The notes under the pieces: generated by a model
The model's database searches: none
Told to the model about the DNA's origin: nothing
Seen by the model: only the letters and a program-made list of their open reading frames with translations
Shown here: piece by piece, positions 46,909 to 54,840 of the stretch
Layout of the letters: every line of letters starts with the position of its first letter
Position numbering within the stretch: the first letter of the stretch is position 1
Program-made: the position numbers and the translations under genes
Assembly (NCBI GenBank): GCA_965223155.1
Contig: CBDCVR010000013.1
Span: 768,001 to 832,000, forward strand
Origin: Candidatus Multivoradales bacterium
GTDB taxonomy: Bacteria > Acidobacteriota > Thermoanaerobaculia > Multivoradales > JAHEKO01
Length of the DNA stretch: 64,000 nucleotides
Direction: 5' to 3'

Positions 46909-48944
46909 TGGATAGTCGCCGTCACAGTGAGAACGACGGTCGCTCCGGCACTAAGATTCGGGATCACACAAGGAAGGCTGGCGCAGCCTCCGCCCGACAC
47001 CGAGTCGATCGTGAGGTTGGTCGGAGCGTCATAAACGGTCACGTTGGTCGCGTCCGCCGGGCCGGCGTTACTGACAATCAACTCGTAGGTAATCGTCTGG
47101 CTTGAGGAATAGGGCCCGGCCGTAACGAGGTTCTTGACGACGCTGACGTCGGCATCCGTCGCCACCGGATTGACGGCATCGTCGGAGATCGGATCGATCC
47201 CGGTCGCCGAGGCCTCGGCCGTGTTGGTCAGCTCGGTGATCGCCGGGTCCAGCGGATCGTCTACCAGGACCTGAAACGTCACGGTCAGAGTCTCGCCGGG
47301 AGCCAGCGCGAAATCGTCTCCCGACTCGACCAGGCTCGGCGGTGTGCCGTCCACCAGGTCCGCGTTCGTCCCACCCGGTACGTTGTCCTTGGTCGTCGTG
47401 CCCGAAGCACCGTGGGCTTCGATGACGATGTTGTCGAAGTAGACGTCTTCCGAAGAGCTGGTCGTACCCGACCGCAAGCGGATCACGGTGCTCGCATTCC
47501 CGGCCGAGATCGACACCGACTCCGTCCCCGACTGGTTGTCGTCCTCCTCTGGACACACCTGGGTCCCGTCACGGCTGAACACCGTCGAGAACGTCCCTCC
47601 TCCATTGGTCGAGACCTGGACGTCCAGAAAATCGCTCGACTCCCAGCCGCTGCTGGTGTCGTTGCACTCCCAGGTGAAAGACAACGTGGCGCTCGTGTAG
47701 GCGCTCAGGTCTGCCGACCTGGAAGCCGTGCCTGACGAGCCACCGTTCATGAACACCGCATTGGACAGACCTCCGGGAGAGGTCGTCTCGATGCTCGAGC
47801 TATTGAACGTCCAGTTGCCCGACCAGCCGGTTCCTCCAGTGCCGTCGCCGCTCGAGAAGTCGTCGCTGATGGTGGCCGAGCTGTCCACCGGACCCGTCGC
47901 CACCGTGCTCTGCGCCACGTAGGTGACCCCGGTCGGCAGCGTGTCGGTCACCACTACGTCGTTGACGTTGCCGGGGCCGCTGTTGATTACCTCGATCGTG
48001 TACGTGATCGTCTCACCAGGCTGAACCAAACCGCTCGGACCCGCCGTCTTGACGATCGATAGGGCCGGTGGGGTGTCCTGGACGCAAAGCACCTGAAACC
48101 CGGAGATGCGGACCGCGTGCCCGTTACTCTCCCCCGTGCCGCTCGAGTCCGCCGTGTCGTCCGGACCATTCGAATACTCGAAGCTGAACGTGTCGAAAAG
48201 GCCCGTCGATGACGCCGTCAGTGTGCCCGCGGCGTCGTCGGGAGTCAGGTTGCCATTGACCCCCGCCACCACGATCGCCGTCGCCGTCTGTCCCGAGAGC
48301 GATATGTTCGAGCCGCCCGAAAGGGTCAAAGGAACGTTCGCACCACCGGCCGAGGCCGTCAGTGTTACCTGATCCTGAAAGGACTCCTCTGGCTCTGGCG
48401 CCTGCGCGCCGACGCCCACGTCGTCGATGTCTCCGATCGTGAAGTCGCTCATCGACACCAGCTTCGAGAAGGAGAAGTCGAAACCTACCGTGTCCGTCAC
48501 CGAGTTCACACTCGCCATGCCCACGGTCAAAAAGCCCGAACCGTACGACCCGTTTGTCTGGGTGTCAAAGCCTGGGTCGCAGCCGTTCGACAAGGCCGCC
48601 GGACACGCGAAGTTGGTGTCGAAATTCATCGCATCCGGATCCTGGAGCGCCACCGTGACGTCCAGCGTGTTCGGATTGCCGTAGGCGTCGGTGTAGCCGA
48701 TCGAATAGACCTGCGAGTTGCCGTCCGTATCGTTACTCGACAGCCACTCGTTGCCCGTACCAGGGGTACTCGACCAGTCGAACGTCGCCGCCGCCGTGCC
48801 CGACGGGCAGCCTTGGGCTACGACATCTGAGCCCGGGACCAGTCCTAGTACGGCCCCAAGCAGGAGGCTCGAGACCACACGCCGCCGCCGGCCCGAGGAG
48901 CCGGGCGGATTCTTGGGAGGTACACCGGGGGAAAGTTCGTTCAT
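46905..48944 (-). CDS. Secreted DUF11 protein (679 aa), paralog of the N-terminal region of the giant protein
   Basis: Signal peptide ending VVAQ; same N-domain and DUF11 with insert; last DUF11 truncated at ATIQ*; ATGA overlap with the giant gene; start MNELS fits the upstream promoter. Confidence 0.88.
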   Translation of the reverse strand: MNELSPGVPPKNPPGSSGRRRRVVSSLLLGAVLGLVPGSDVVAQGCPSGTAAATFDWSSTPGTGNEWLSSNDTDGNSQVYSIGYTDAYGNPNTLDVTVALQDPDAMNFDTNFACPAALSNGCDPGFDTQTNGSYGSGFLTVGMASVNSVTDTVGFDFSFSKLVSMSDFTIGDIDDVGVGAQAPEPEESFQDQVTLTASAGGANVPLTLSGGSNISLSGQTATAIVVAGVNGNLTPDDAAGTLTASSTGLFDTFSFEYSNGPDDTADSSGTGESNGHAVRISGFQVLCVQDTPPALSIVKTAGPSGLVQPGETITYTIEVINSGPGNVNDVVVTDTLPTGVTYVAQSTVATGPVDSSATISDDFSSGDGTGGTGWSGNWTFNSSSIETTSPGGLSNAVFMNGGSSGTASRSADLSAYTSATLSFTWECNDTSSGWESSDFLDVQVSTNGGGTFSTVFSRDGTQVCPEEDDNQSGTESVSISAGNASTVIRLRSGTTSSSEDVYFDNIVIEAHGASGTTTKDNVPGGTNADLVDGTPPSLVESGDDFALAPGETLTVTFQVLVDDPLDPAITELTNTAEASATGIDPISDDAVNPVATDADVSVVKNLVTAGPYSSSQTITYELIVSNAGPADATNVTVYDAPTNLTIDSVSGGGCASLPCVIPNLSAGATVVLTVTATIQ
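47164..47972. repeat. Copy 2 of the near-identical direct repeat
   Basis: Matches 45152-45960. Confidence 0.9.
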
Positions 48945-48999
48945 CGGAGATCGCCTGGGTCGGCTTATGGTCGGGCCGACCGAACTATACCTGTAATCA

Positions 49000-49015
49000 T
49001 GCACCTCAAGTGCCA
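49000..49015 (-). promoter_or_regulatory. Candidate sigma54 (-24/-12) promoter TGGCACTTGAGGTGCA
   Basis: GG-N10-GC spacing with TGGCAC and TGCA, 56 bp upstream of the ATG at 48944. Confidence 0.65.
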
Positions 49016-49102
49016 CTCGGGCCCGCAACGTCAAGCTCTTCTATTGCAAGAGTTGCTGCGCAACCCGGGTCGGCCCCGCTACGCCGGCCGGCACTCAGCG
49101 CC

Positions 49103-49130
49103 CGTCACCTGCCAAAATTCGTCACCTACC
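49103..49130. promoter_or_regulatory. Direct repeat CGTCACCT(G/A)CC-N6, candidate upstream activator site
   Basis: cgtcacctgcc aaaatt cgtcacctacc, about 90-115 bp upstream of the -24 element. Confidence 0.35.
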
Positions 49131-49280
49131 GGCGGCCGCCCGGGCTCGCCGCACCGGACATGCTTCCCGATCCGCTCGTCTCCGGACCCGGGTAACTTTC
49201 CCTACGGAAGCCGACCCGAGCGCCTGGGATGCTACCGGCCTCTGGCGCCGGTCCGCGGCTCGTGGGCGGCTAGTGGGCTG

Positions 49281-50477
49281 CTAGAGGCCTTCTTCGTAGA
49301 AGATGCGCCAGCGTCCGCCTTCCTGGCGCCAGTACTGGTGCTTGCGGCGCTGGGCGCGAAAATTGTCGGACTCGTAGCGCTGGACGAAGTCCACCAGGAC
49401 CAAATCGCTTTCGCCGGGATACCGATACATGCCGACCTCGGCCAGCTCGACTCGGATGTAGCGCTTGGAGCTGTTGACGCGGCGCTTGTGGTTGGCGAAA
49501 GCGGTTCGGCTCATGCCGGGCGTGCGGAACTCGCGAGAGTAGTGACTGAGATAGCGGTCCGGATCGCGACTCTCCCAATCCCGCCGCCACGTTTCGAGCG
49601 CCTGCTCGAGGTTCCGGCGAGCGACGCCGTGCTCATCCTGCCGGACCCAATCGATGGTCCGCGCCACGATCACCGGGGTTCGATCCACTCGAACGTGCCT
49701 CTCAAGCAGTTCGAAGTCTCGATTGCTCAGAGTCACACAGCCCCGGCTCGAAAGCGGCGGCCGGCTATAGCTCGTGAACTCGGTGCCGTGAATCCAGATG
49801 CCGCTGCCGGTGCGACCCTGGAGCCGGTCCCACGCATTGGGATAGTTGATCGGGAACGCACCGACTCCGTAGAGGTCGGGCAACTCCTTCTCGGGCAGGT
49901 AGTCGTTGACGAGATAGACCCCGACCGGCGTTTTCTCGTCTCCTTCGCGCCGCTTGTCGCTGCCGCCTTTGCCGATCGAAACGTAGAAGTCCCGGGTGCG
50001 CACGAAGCGGTGGTCGCGCTGCTCGAAGAGGAACAGCCGATAGCCTTCCAGGTCGATGACGATGGCCGCGGGGGTGCCCGCCGGCAAACGTAGTAGCTCT
50101 GCCGGCACCGCGTCGGGCGGAGGGGACTCCAGATAGCGCTGCAGTCGAGCGCGCGCTTCGTCGAGGTGCTCGGTAACCCGGCCGCCCGCCTTACCGTTGC
50201 CGGGTCCGGACAGGATCTGCGCGTGCGCGCTCAGGAGATCCGCGTAAAGCAACTGCGCCAATCGGAAGTCAGGCTGCTCGCGAACCAGAAACGACACGTT
50301 GCGCAGCGCCTCCTGGATGCGTCCCTGCCGCAAATCGAAGAGGCTCTGCATCAGCCGGCGCTCTTCGAGCGTCGTCGGGCTGCGGTCGGCCGCCGGGGCG
50401 AATCCGGCCCCCCAGGCGGCGGACGCAATCGTCCCGGCTACCCCGAGAGTAGCGACCCATGAAGCTCGCTTGCACAT
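49281..50477 (-). CDS. L,D-transpeptidase/carboxypeptidase (YkuD) with C-terminal NTF2-like domain, Csd6-like
   Basis: KRREGDEKTPVG, YPNAWD, GSGIWIHG...SRGCV; C-term WRRDWES...YLSHYS...QRYES. Confidence 0.88.
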   Translation of the reverse strand: MCKRASWVATLGVAGTIASAAWGAGFAPAADRSPTTLEERRLMQSLFDLRQGRIQEALRNVSFLVREQPDFRLAQLLYADLLSAHAQILSGPGNGKAGGRVTEHLDEARARLQRYLESPPPDAVPAELLRLPAGTPAAIVIDLEGYRLFLFEQRDHRFVRTRDFYVSIGKGGSDKRREGDEKTPVGVYLVNDYLPEKELPDLYGVGAFPINYPNAWDRLQGRTGSGIWIHGTEFTSYSRPPLSSRGCVTLSNRDFELLERHVRVDRTPVIVARTIDWVRQDEHGVARRNLEQALETWRRDWESRDPDRYLSHYSREFRTPGMSRTAFANHKRRVNSSKRYIRVELAEVGMYRYPGESDLVLVDFVQRYESDNFRAQRRKHQYWRQEGGRWRIFYEEGL

Positions 50478-50499
50478 CAGCTCTCTGAGATCGGGCCGC

Positions 50500-51696
50500 T
50501 CAGGACTCGACGGTCTCCGCAACGATCTTCCACTCGCCACCCTCCCGCGCCAGCTCCAGGGCCTTGGTGACCACGTCGCTGAAGGTGTTGGACTCGTAGG
50601 ACTGGTTGAAACGCACCACCGCCCGATCCTCCTCGTCCAGCTCGAAATCCAGAAACGCCACCGAGACCTCGATGTACTCGGGCGCGGTCAAGCGCTGCCG
50701 CCGGAGAGACTCCCACGCCTCCCGGCTGGAGCCATCGGTGGGCACGAAGTCGCTGGAGTAGAGATAGAGGTAGTCATCGACCCGCTGGTCGGACCAGGCC
50801 TTGGCCCAGGCTTCGACCACAGCAGCCAGATCCGCCGGATTGGGCAAGAGGGTCTCAGACTCCACCGGGATCTCTTGGACGACCGGTTCACGCACCGTTC
50901 CGAGCATTGGCTCGGTTGGAGCCTCTTCCTCGACGACTTCCCCGGCGGCCTCCCGCTCGGCCCGGGCTCGGGCCAGGGCTTCGGCGATCGCCTCCTCCGG
51001 CGACGTGATTGGCGGGCCTTCGTCGGCCGGCTCGCCCCCGTCGTCGTGGGGCTCGCCGCCTGCTTGCGTCTCCTCGACCGGAGGACCCACCGGATCGCCC
51101 GCCTCTTCCTCGAGACGTGCGGCTTCCGAGCTAGCTACTTTGTCGGGCCTGTCCTCCGAAGCCTTCGCCGCCGCCAGCACCGCCATCTCGGTCTCCGGCA
51201 GGATCATCTCGCTCAGCATGACCAGTTCCACCGCGGACCGATCCCGCACCTGGTCCACGTTGAGCGCCCTGCCATAGGCCTCGCTTGCGAGCTGGCCGTA
51301 GATCTTGGTCAGATTCTCGTACACCGTGCGATAGGCGGGATCGGTGCGCAGGGCTTCCTTGAGGGTCTCGACCGCCAGCTCGTAGTCCCCGGCCGCGGCC
51401 TGCAGGACCGCCAGGTTGTTGTACGGTTCAGGACGGTCCGGCCGCAGCTCGGAAAGCTCTTCGTAGACCCCCTGGGCCTCTCCCTCCTTGCGCGACTCCG
51501 CCAGCATCAGGCCCCGCAGAAACAAGGCGTGCGGATCGTGCGGATTGTCCCGAAGATGCTCCGCTACGAGCCCCAGCGCTTGGTTCACCTTGCCCCGCTG
51601 GGCCAGGTCGCGGGCCTCTTCCAGGTCCGCCAAGGCCGGAGCCGACAATGCTCCGGCAAGCACAACAGTGAGAATCGCCTGGCGACAGCGCTGCAT
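50500..51696 (-). CDS. Secreted TPR protein with C-terminal Csd6-like NTF2 domain
   Basis: Signal peptide; PEPYNNLAVL..A.G.Y..A TPRs; acidic linker; WAKAWSDQRVDDYL..YS...FNQSYES...WKIVAE. Confidence 0.85.
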   Translation of the reverse strand: MQRCRQAILTVVLAGALSAPALADLEEARDLAQRGKVNQALGLVAEHLRDNPHDPHALFLRGLMLAESRKEGEAQGVYEELSELRPDRPEPYNNLAVLQAAAGDYELAVETLKEALRTDPAYRTVYENLTKIYGQLASEAYGRALNVDQVRDRSAVELVMLSEMILPETEMAVLAAAKASEDRPDKVASSEAARLEEEAGDPVGPPVEETQAGGEPHDDGGEPADEGPPITSPEEAIAEALARARAEREAAGEVVEEEAPTEPMLGTVREPVVQEIPVESETLLPNPADLAAVVEAWAKAWSDQRVDDYLYLYSSDFVPTDGSSREAWESLRRQRLTAPEYIEVSVAFLDFELDEEDRAVVRFNQSYESNTFSDVVTKALELAREGGEWKIVAETVES

Positions 51697-51843
51697 CCGA
51701 GCTACTCCTTGGTCCGGTATCGAGATCCGGGCATTCCGGTCGGTTTGGAAGACATTTCGGCGTTGGACCGTCGAGACCGAACCTCCGGCTCCCGATCCCC
51801 CGCTTCGCCAAAAATCCTAACATGGCCGGCCGGCCCTGGCCCA

Positions 51844-51859
51844 ATGCCCCTAGGGGCAT
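51844..51859. promoter_or_regulatory. Perfect 16-bp palindrome ATGCCCCTAGGGGCAT in divergent promoter region
   Basis: Read directly; lies between divergent TPR and ECF genes. Confidence 0.4.
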
Positions 51860-51878
51860 CAAGAGTCCGCACTACGAT

Positions 51879-51903
51879 GGAACTTTGTGCGCCGCCAAGC
51901 GTT
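51879..51903 (+). promoter_or_regulatory. Candidate autoregulatory ECF promoter GGAAC-N17-GTT
   Basis: ggaac tttgtgcgccgccaagc gtt upstream of the ECF sigma gene. Confidence 0.45.
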
Positions 51904-51965
51904 GTAGACCATAGGTACGGAGAGCCCTGTCCGTGTATGCCACCCTCGAAGCGCCCCAGCCGACG

Positions 51966-52547
51966 ATGACCACCAGCGACGGCGAGCTCTTCGAGCGATC
52001 TCGGGAGGGCAGCGAAGCCGCCTTCACCGCCCTTGTCGAGCGCCACAAGGATGGCTTGGTCGGCTATCTGTTTCGGCTGGTAGGCGATCGCGAGCGGGCC
52101 GAGGACTTCGCCCAGGAGGCCTTCTTGAGGCTGTACCACCGAAGCGGCTCGTACCGGGAGCAGGGCCAACTCAAGGCCTACCTCTTCCGGATCGCCACGA
52201 ATCTCGTGCGCTCCGAAGGGCGCCGGTCCCAGCGCTGGCTCGCGGTCCGGTCCTTGCTCGGCGGCGCCGAGATCGCCCCCGATCCGAGTCCGTTCGATCG
52301 AACCGCTCGTGCCGAGCTCCGGCAGGCGCTCGAGAACGCGCTGGTCGAGCTGCCCTTGCGATACAAGGCCCCAATCGTGTTGCGCGAGCTTCGCGATTGG
52401 TCCTACCAGGAAATCGCCGAAGCTCTGGACTGCTCCATCGGCACCGTCAAGTCCCGCCTGCATCGCGCCCGCCGCATACTGCGGGAGCGCTTGGAGTCCG
52501 ATTGGCCCGGCAACCGCGGCGCAGGAAACTCCGGCAGCCTGTCATGA
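51966..52547 (+). CDS. ECF RNA polymerase sigma factor
   Basis: AEDFAQEAFL, YLFRIATN, SYQEIAEAL..SIGTVKSRLHRAR. Confidence 0.95.
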   Translation: MTTSDGELFERSREGSEAAFTALVERHKDGLVGYLFRLVGDRERAEDFAQEAFLRLYHRSGSYREQGQLKAYLFRIATNLVRSEGRRSQRWLAVRSLLGGAEIAPDPSPFDRTARAELRQALENALVELPLRYKAPIVLRELRDWSYQEIAEALDCSIGTVKSRLHRARRILRERLESDWPGNRGAGNSGSLS

Positions 52548-52981
52548 GCTCGGACCGCGACTTTCTGAAGCCTCTGCTCGACGAGCTGGATGACGTCGGT
52601 GCCTCTCCCGGGTTCGCCGAACGGACGCTGTCTGCGGCCCGCAAGCGGGACCGCGCCGGCCGCGTCGGACGCCGGCTGGTGCCGGCAGTGGCCGCCGCCC
52701 TCGTCTTCGGCACGTTCGCTCTCGTGGTCTCGAGTCAGCGCAGCCAGCGCCAGAGCCTGGTCGAGGAGGCCCGCTCGCTTCGATCCCAGCACCGCGAGCT
52801 GGAGCGCGAGCTTTCGGAGCTCCGAGCCCGCACCGTGGACGTCCTGCCCGTGGTTTCCCTGGGTTCTCATGACCGGGTGGAGTACGTCCTGGACTTGACG
52901 CCTTCGATCGACCCAGCGCTCGGAGGCGCGGAGAACCTCCAGATCGTACCGGCGGCCAACGCTTCGCTCGCGACCTACTGA
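52544..52981 (+). CDS. Putative membrane anti-sigma factor
   Basis: ATGA overlap with ECF gene; short cytoplasmic part, one TM, coiled coil. Confidence 0.65.
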   Translation: MSSDRDFLKPLLDELDDVGASPGFAERTLSAARKRDRAGRVGRRLVPAVAAALVFGTFALVVSSQRSQRQSLVEEARSLRSQHRELERELSELRARTVDVLPVVSLGSHDRVEYVLDLTPSIDPALGGAENLQIVPAANASLATY

Positions 52982-53010
52982 CCTGTCACTCTGACCCAGC
53001 ACTTCACGAA

Positions 53011-53817
53011 ATGAACTCCCGTCTGGAGCCGAGGACCGACACCATGCCTTGCCGAATCACAGCAATCGCTCTTATCGTCGCCAGCGCGCTCCTGCCGGCC
53101 GTCGTCCGTGCCCAGGATCCTCAGCACGAGCGGCACGTTCTCCGGGTTGTGACCTCGGACGGGAAAACCACGTCCAGCCAACGCTATGTCGTCATGGATA
53201 GCGATGGGCCCGGAACCCGCGTCCTGGCGGCACCCGGACTGGCCTTCTACTCCCGGGGCTTTCTCGGCGTCCAGGTGCTCGACCTCACCTCCGAGTTGAG
53301 GACCCATTTCGGAGCGCCCACCGATCGGGGCGTCCTAGTGGCCTCGGTGACGACCAACGGACCGGCGCGCAAGGCGGGAGTCGAGGTCGCCGACGTCCTG
53401 ACCGCGATCGACGGCAGCCCGGTCTCGAGAACGCTCGACATTCCCATCCGCTTGGCCCGGCTGGACGAAGGCACCGGCGTTGCGCTCGAAATCTGGCGCG
53501 ACCACGAGCCCCAAGTGCTGCACGCCAAGATCCAGTACCGGCCCGGCCCCCCAGGGGGAGGACCCGGTACTCACCTGCGGCGGCGGCAGGTCGTCGTGAG
53601 CGAGAGGGAGGGCGGCACCGTGCGGGTTTTGGACATCGATCCGGAAGCCATCGACCGGACCGTGCGCGAGTTCGAGCAGAAGTTCCAGCGCGGCGAAATC
53701 CGGGACCGCCTCCACGCGATCGGCGCCGATCGCCGGGCTCTCTTGGAGCGCATCGAGGAGCTGGAGACTCGCCTACGCCAGCTCGAGGCGCAGCTCGACC
53801 GGCTGCCCGAGCGCTAG
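53011..53817 (+). CDS. Secreted PDZ-domain protein
   Basis: Signal peptide; RGFLGVQV..LT, GVLVASV...GPA.KAG....DV; C-terminal coiled coil; no protease domain. Confidence 0.85.
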   Translation: MNSRLEPRTDTMPCRITAIALIVASALLPAVVRAQDPQHERHVLRVVTSDGKTTSSQRYVVMDSDGPGTRVLAAPGLAFYSRGFLGVQVLDLTSELRTHFGAPTDRGVLVASVTTNGPARKAGVEVADVLTAIDGSPVSRTLDIPIRLARLDEGTGVALEIWRDHEPQVLHAKIQYRPGPPGGGPGTHLRRRQVVVSEREGGTVRVLDIDPEAIDRTVREFEQKFQRGEIRDRLHAIGADRRALLERIEELETRLRQLEAQLDRLPER

Positions 53818-54755
53818 CCCGACTCCAGATCGGCCCTCGGACCTGTCCCCGGACCCGTCTTCGAACCCTGCCGATATCCGGCCCGTCGCCCGACTCGGCG
53901 CTCGGCCCGGCGTTCGAGTGCGGCCGCGATGTCGGCCCCGACGAAAACCGAGGCGGCCGATAGGTAGAGCCAGAGCATCCACACCAGGATGCCTCCCAGG
54001 ACACCGTAGACCAGCGTCAGTCCCGTGGCCCGCTCCAAGTAGTAGCGAAACAGCAGCGTACCCACGACCCAGAGCACGGTTCCCGCGGCCGAGCCGAGCG
54101 CGATCGCCCGCAGCGAACGAGGATGCTTCGGTACCGGCAGCACGTAGTACAGGATGCCCAGCTCGATCCCCATGCCGATCCAAACCAGGGGCCAGCGCAG
54201 GCTTCCGGCCAGGGCCTCGAGGCCCAGCGCGACCGCCAGCCTGGGTCCAGCCAGGACCAACACCGCGCCGACGATCAGGAAGGCGGAGTTGCCTACGAGC
54301 AGCAGCAGCGCCAGCGCCTTCTTGCGCCACCAGGGCCGCGGACGCCGGGCGCGGTAGGCGCGGTTGATGCCGTGCGCCAATGAGTCGATGACGTTCGAAG
54401 CGCCCCAGAGGCTCAGGAGCGCCGAGAAGGACAGGAAGCCGGCGCTCGAAGCGGTCTTGATCTCCTGAATTAGAGCGGTCACGACGGTCCGGGCCTGGGG
54501 CGGCAGCTCGTCGGCGACCGAATGAACGAACCCTTCCAGGGCCTCCTGGCTGCCGACGAGCCCCGCAAACGAGAAGACGACCATCAGCGCCGGAACCGTC
54601 GACAGCGACAGGTAGAAGGCGGCGCGAGCCGATTCGGCCGAGCCCAAGCCCTTCTCGGCCGCCACCGCCACGATCCGCACCGCGTCGCGAAGCGGGACCA
54701 GGAACCGGCCGGCAGAGCCGTTTCGAGGAGCCACCGGCGGTTCGGTCGCGGTCAT
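53814..54755 (-). CDS. YihY/BrkB family membrane protein
   Basis: AFY..LS..P, LWGAS, INRAY, YGVLGG..VWMLWLY. Confidence 0.88.
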   Translation of the reverse strand: MTATEPPVAPRNGSAGRFLVPLRDAVRIVAVAAEKGLGSAESARAAFYLSLSTVPALMVVFSFAGLVGSQEALEGFVHSVADELPPQARTVVTALIQEIKTASSAGFLSFSALLSLWGASNVIDSLAHGINRAYRARRPRPWWRKKALALLLLVGNSAFLIVGAVLVLAGPRLAVALGLEALAGSLRWPLVWIGMGIELGILYYVLPVPKHPRSLRAIALGSAAGTVLWVVGTLLFRYYLERATGLTLVYGVLGGILVWMLWLYLSAASVFVGADIAAALERRAERRVGRRAGYRQGSKTGPGTGPRADLESG

Positions 54756-54840
54756 GGTCCGATAGGATACAGGGCCCTGAGCGCCCCTTGGGGCAACGCT
54801 GCAAGCCGCGCCGCCCATAGGCACCACGCTCCCGACCAAA

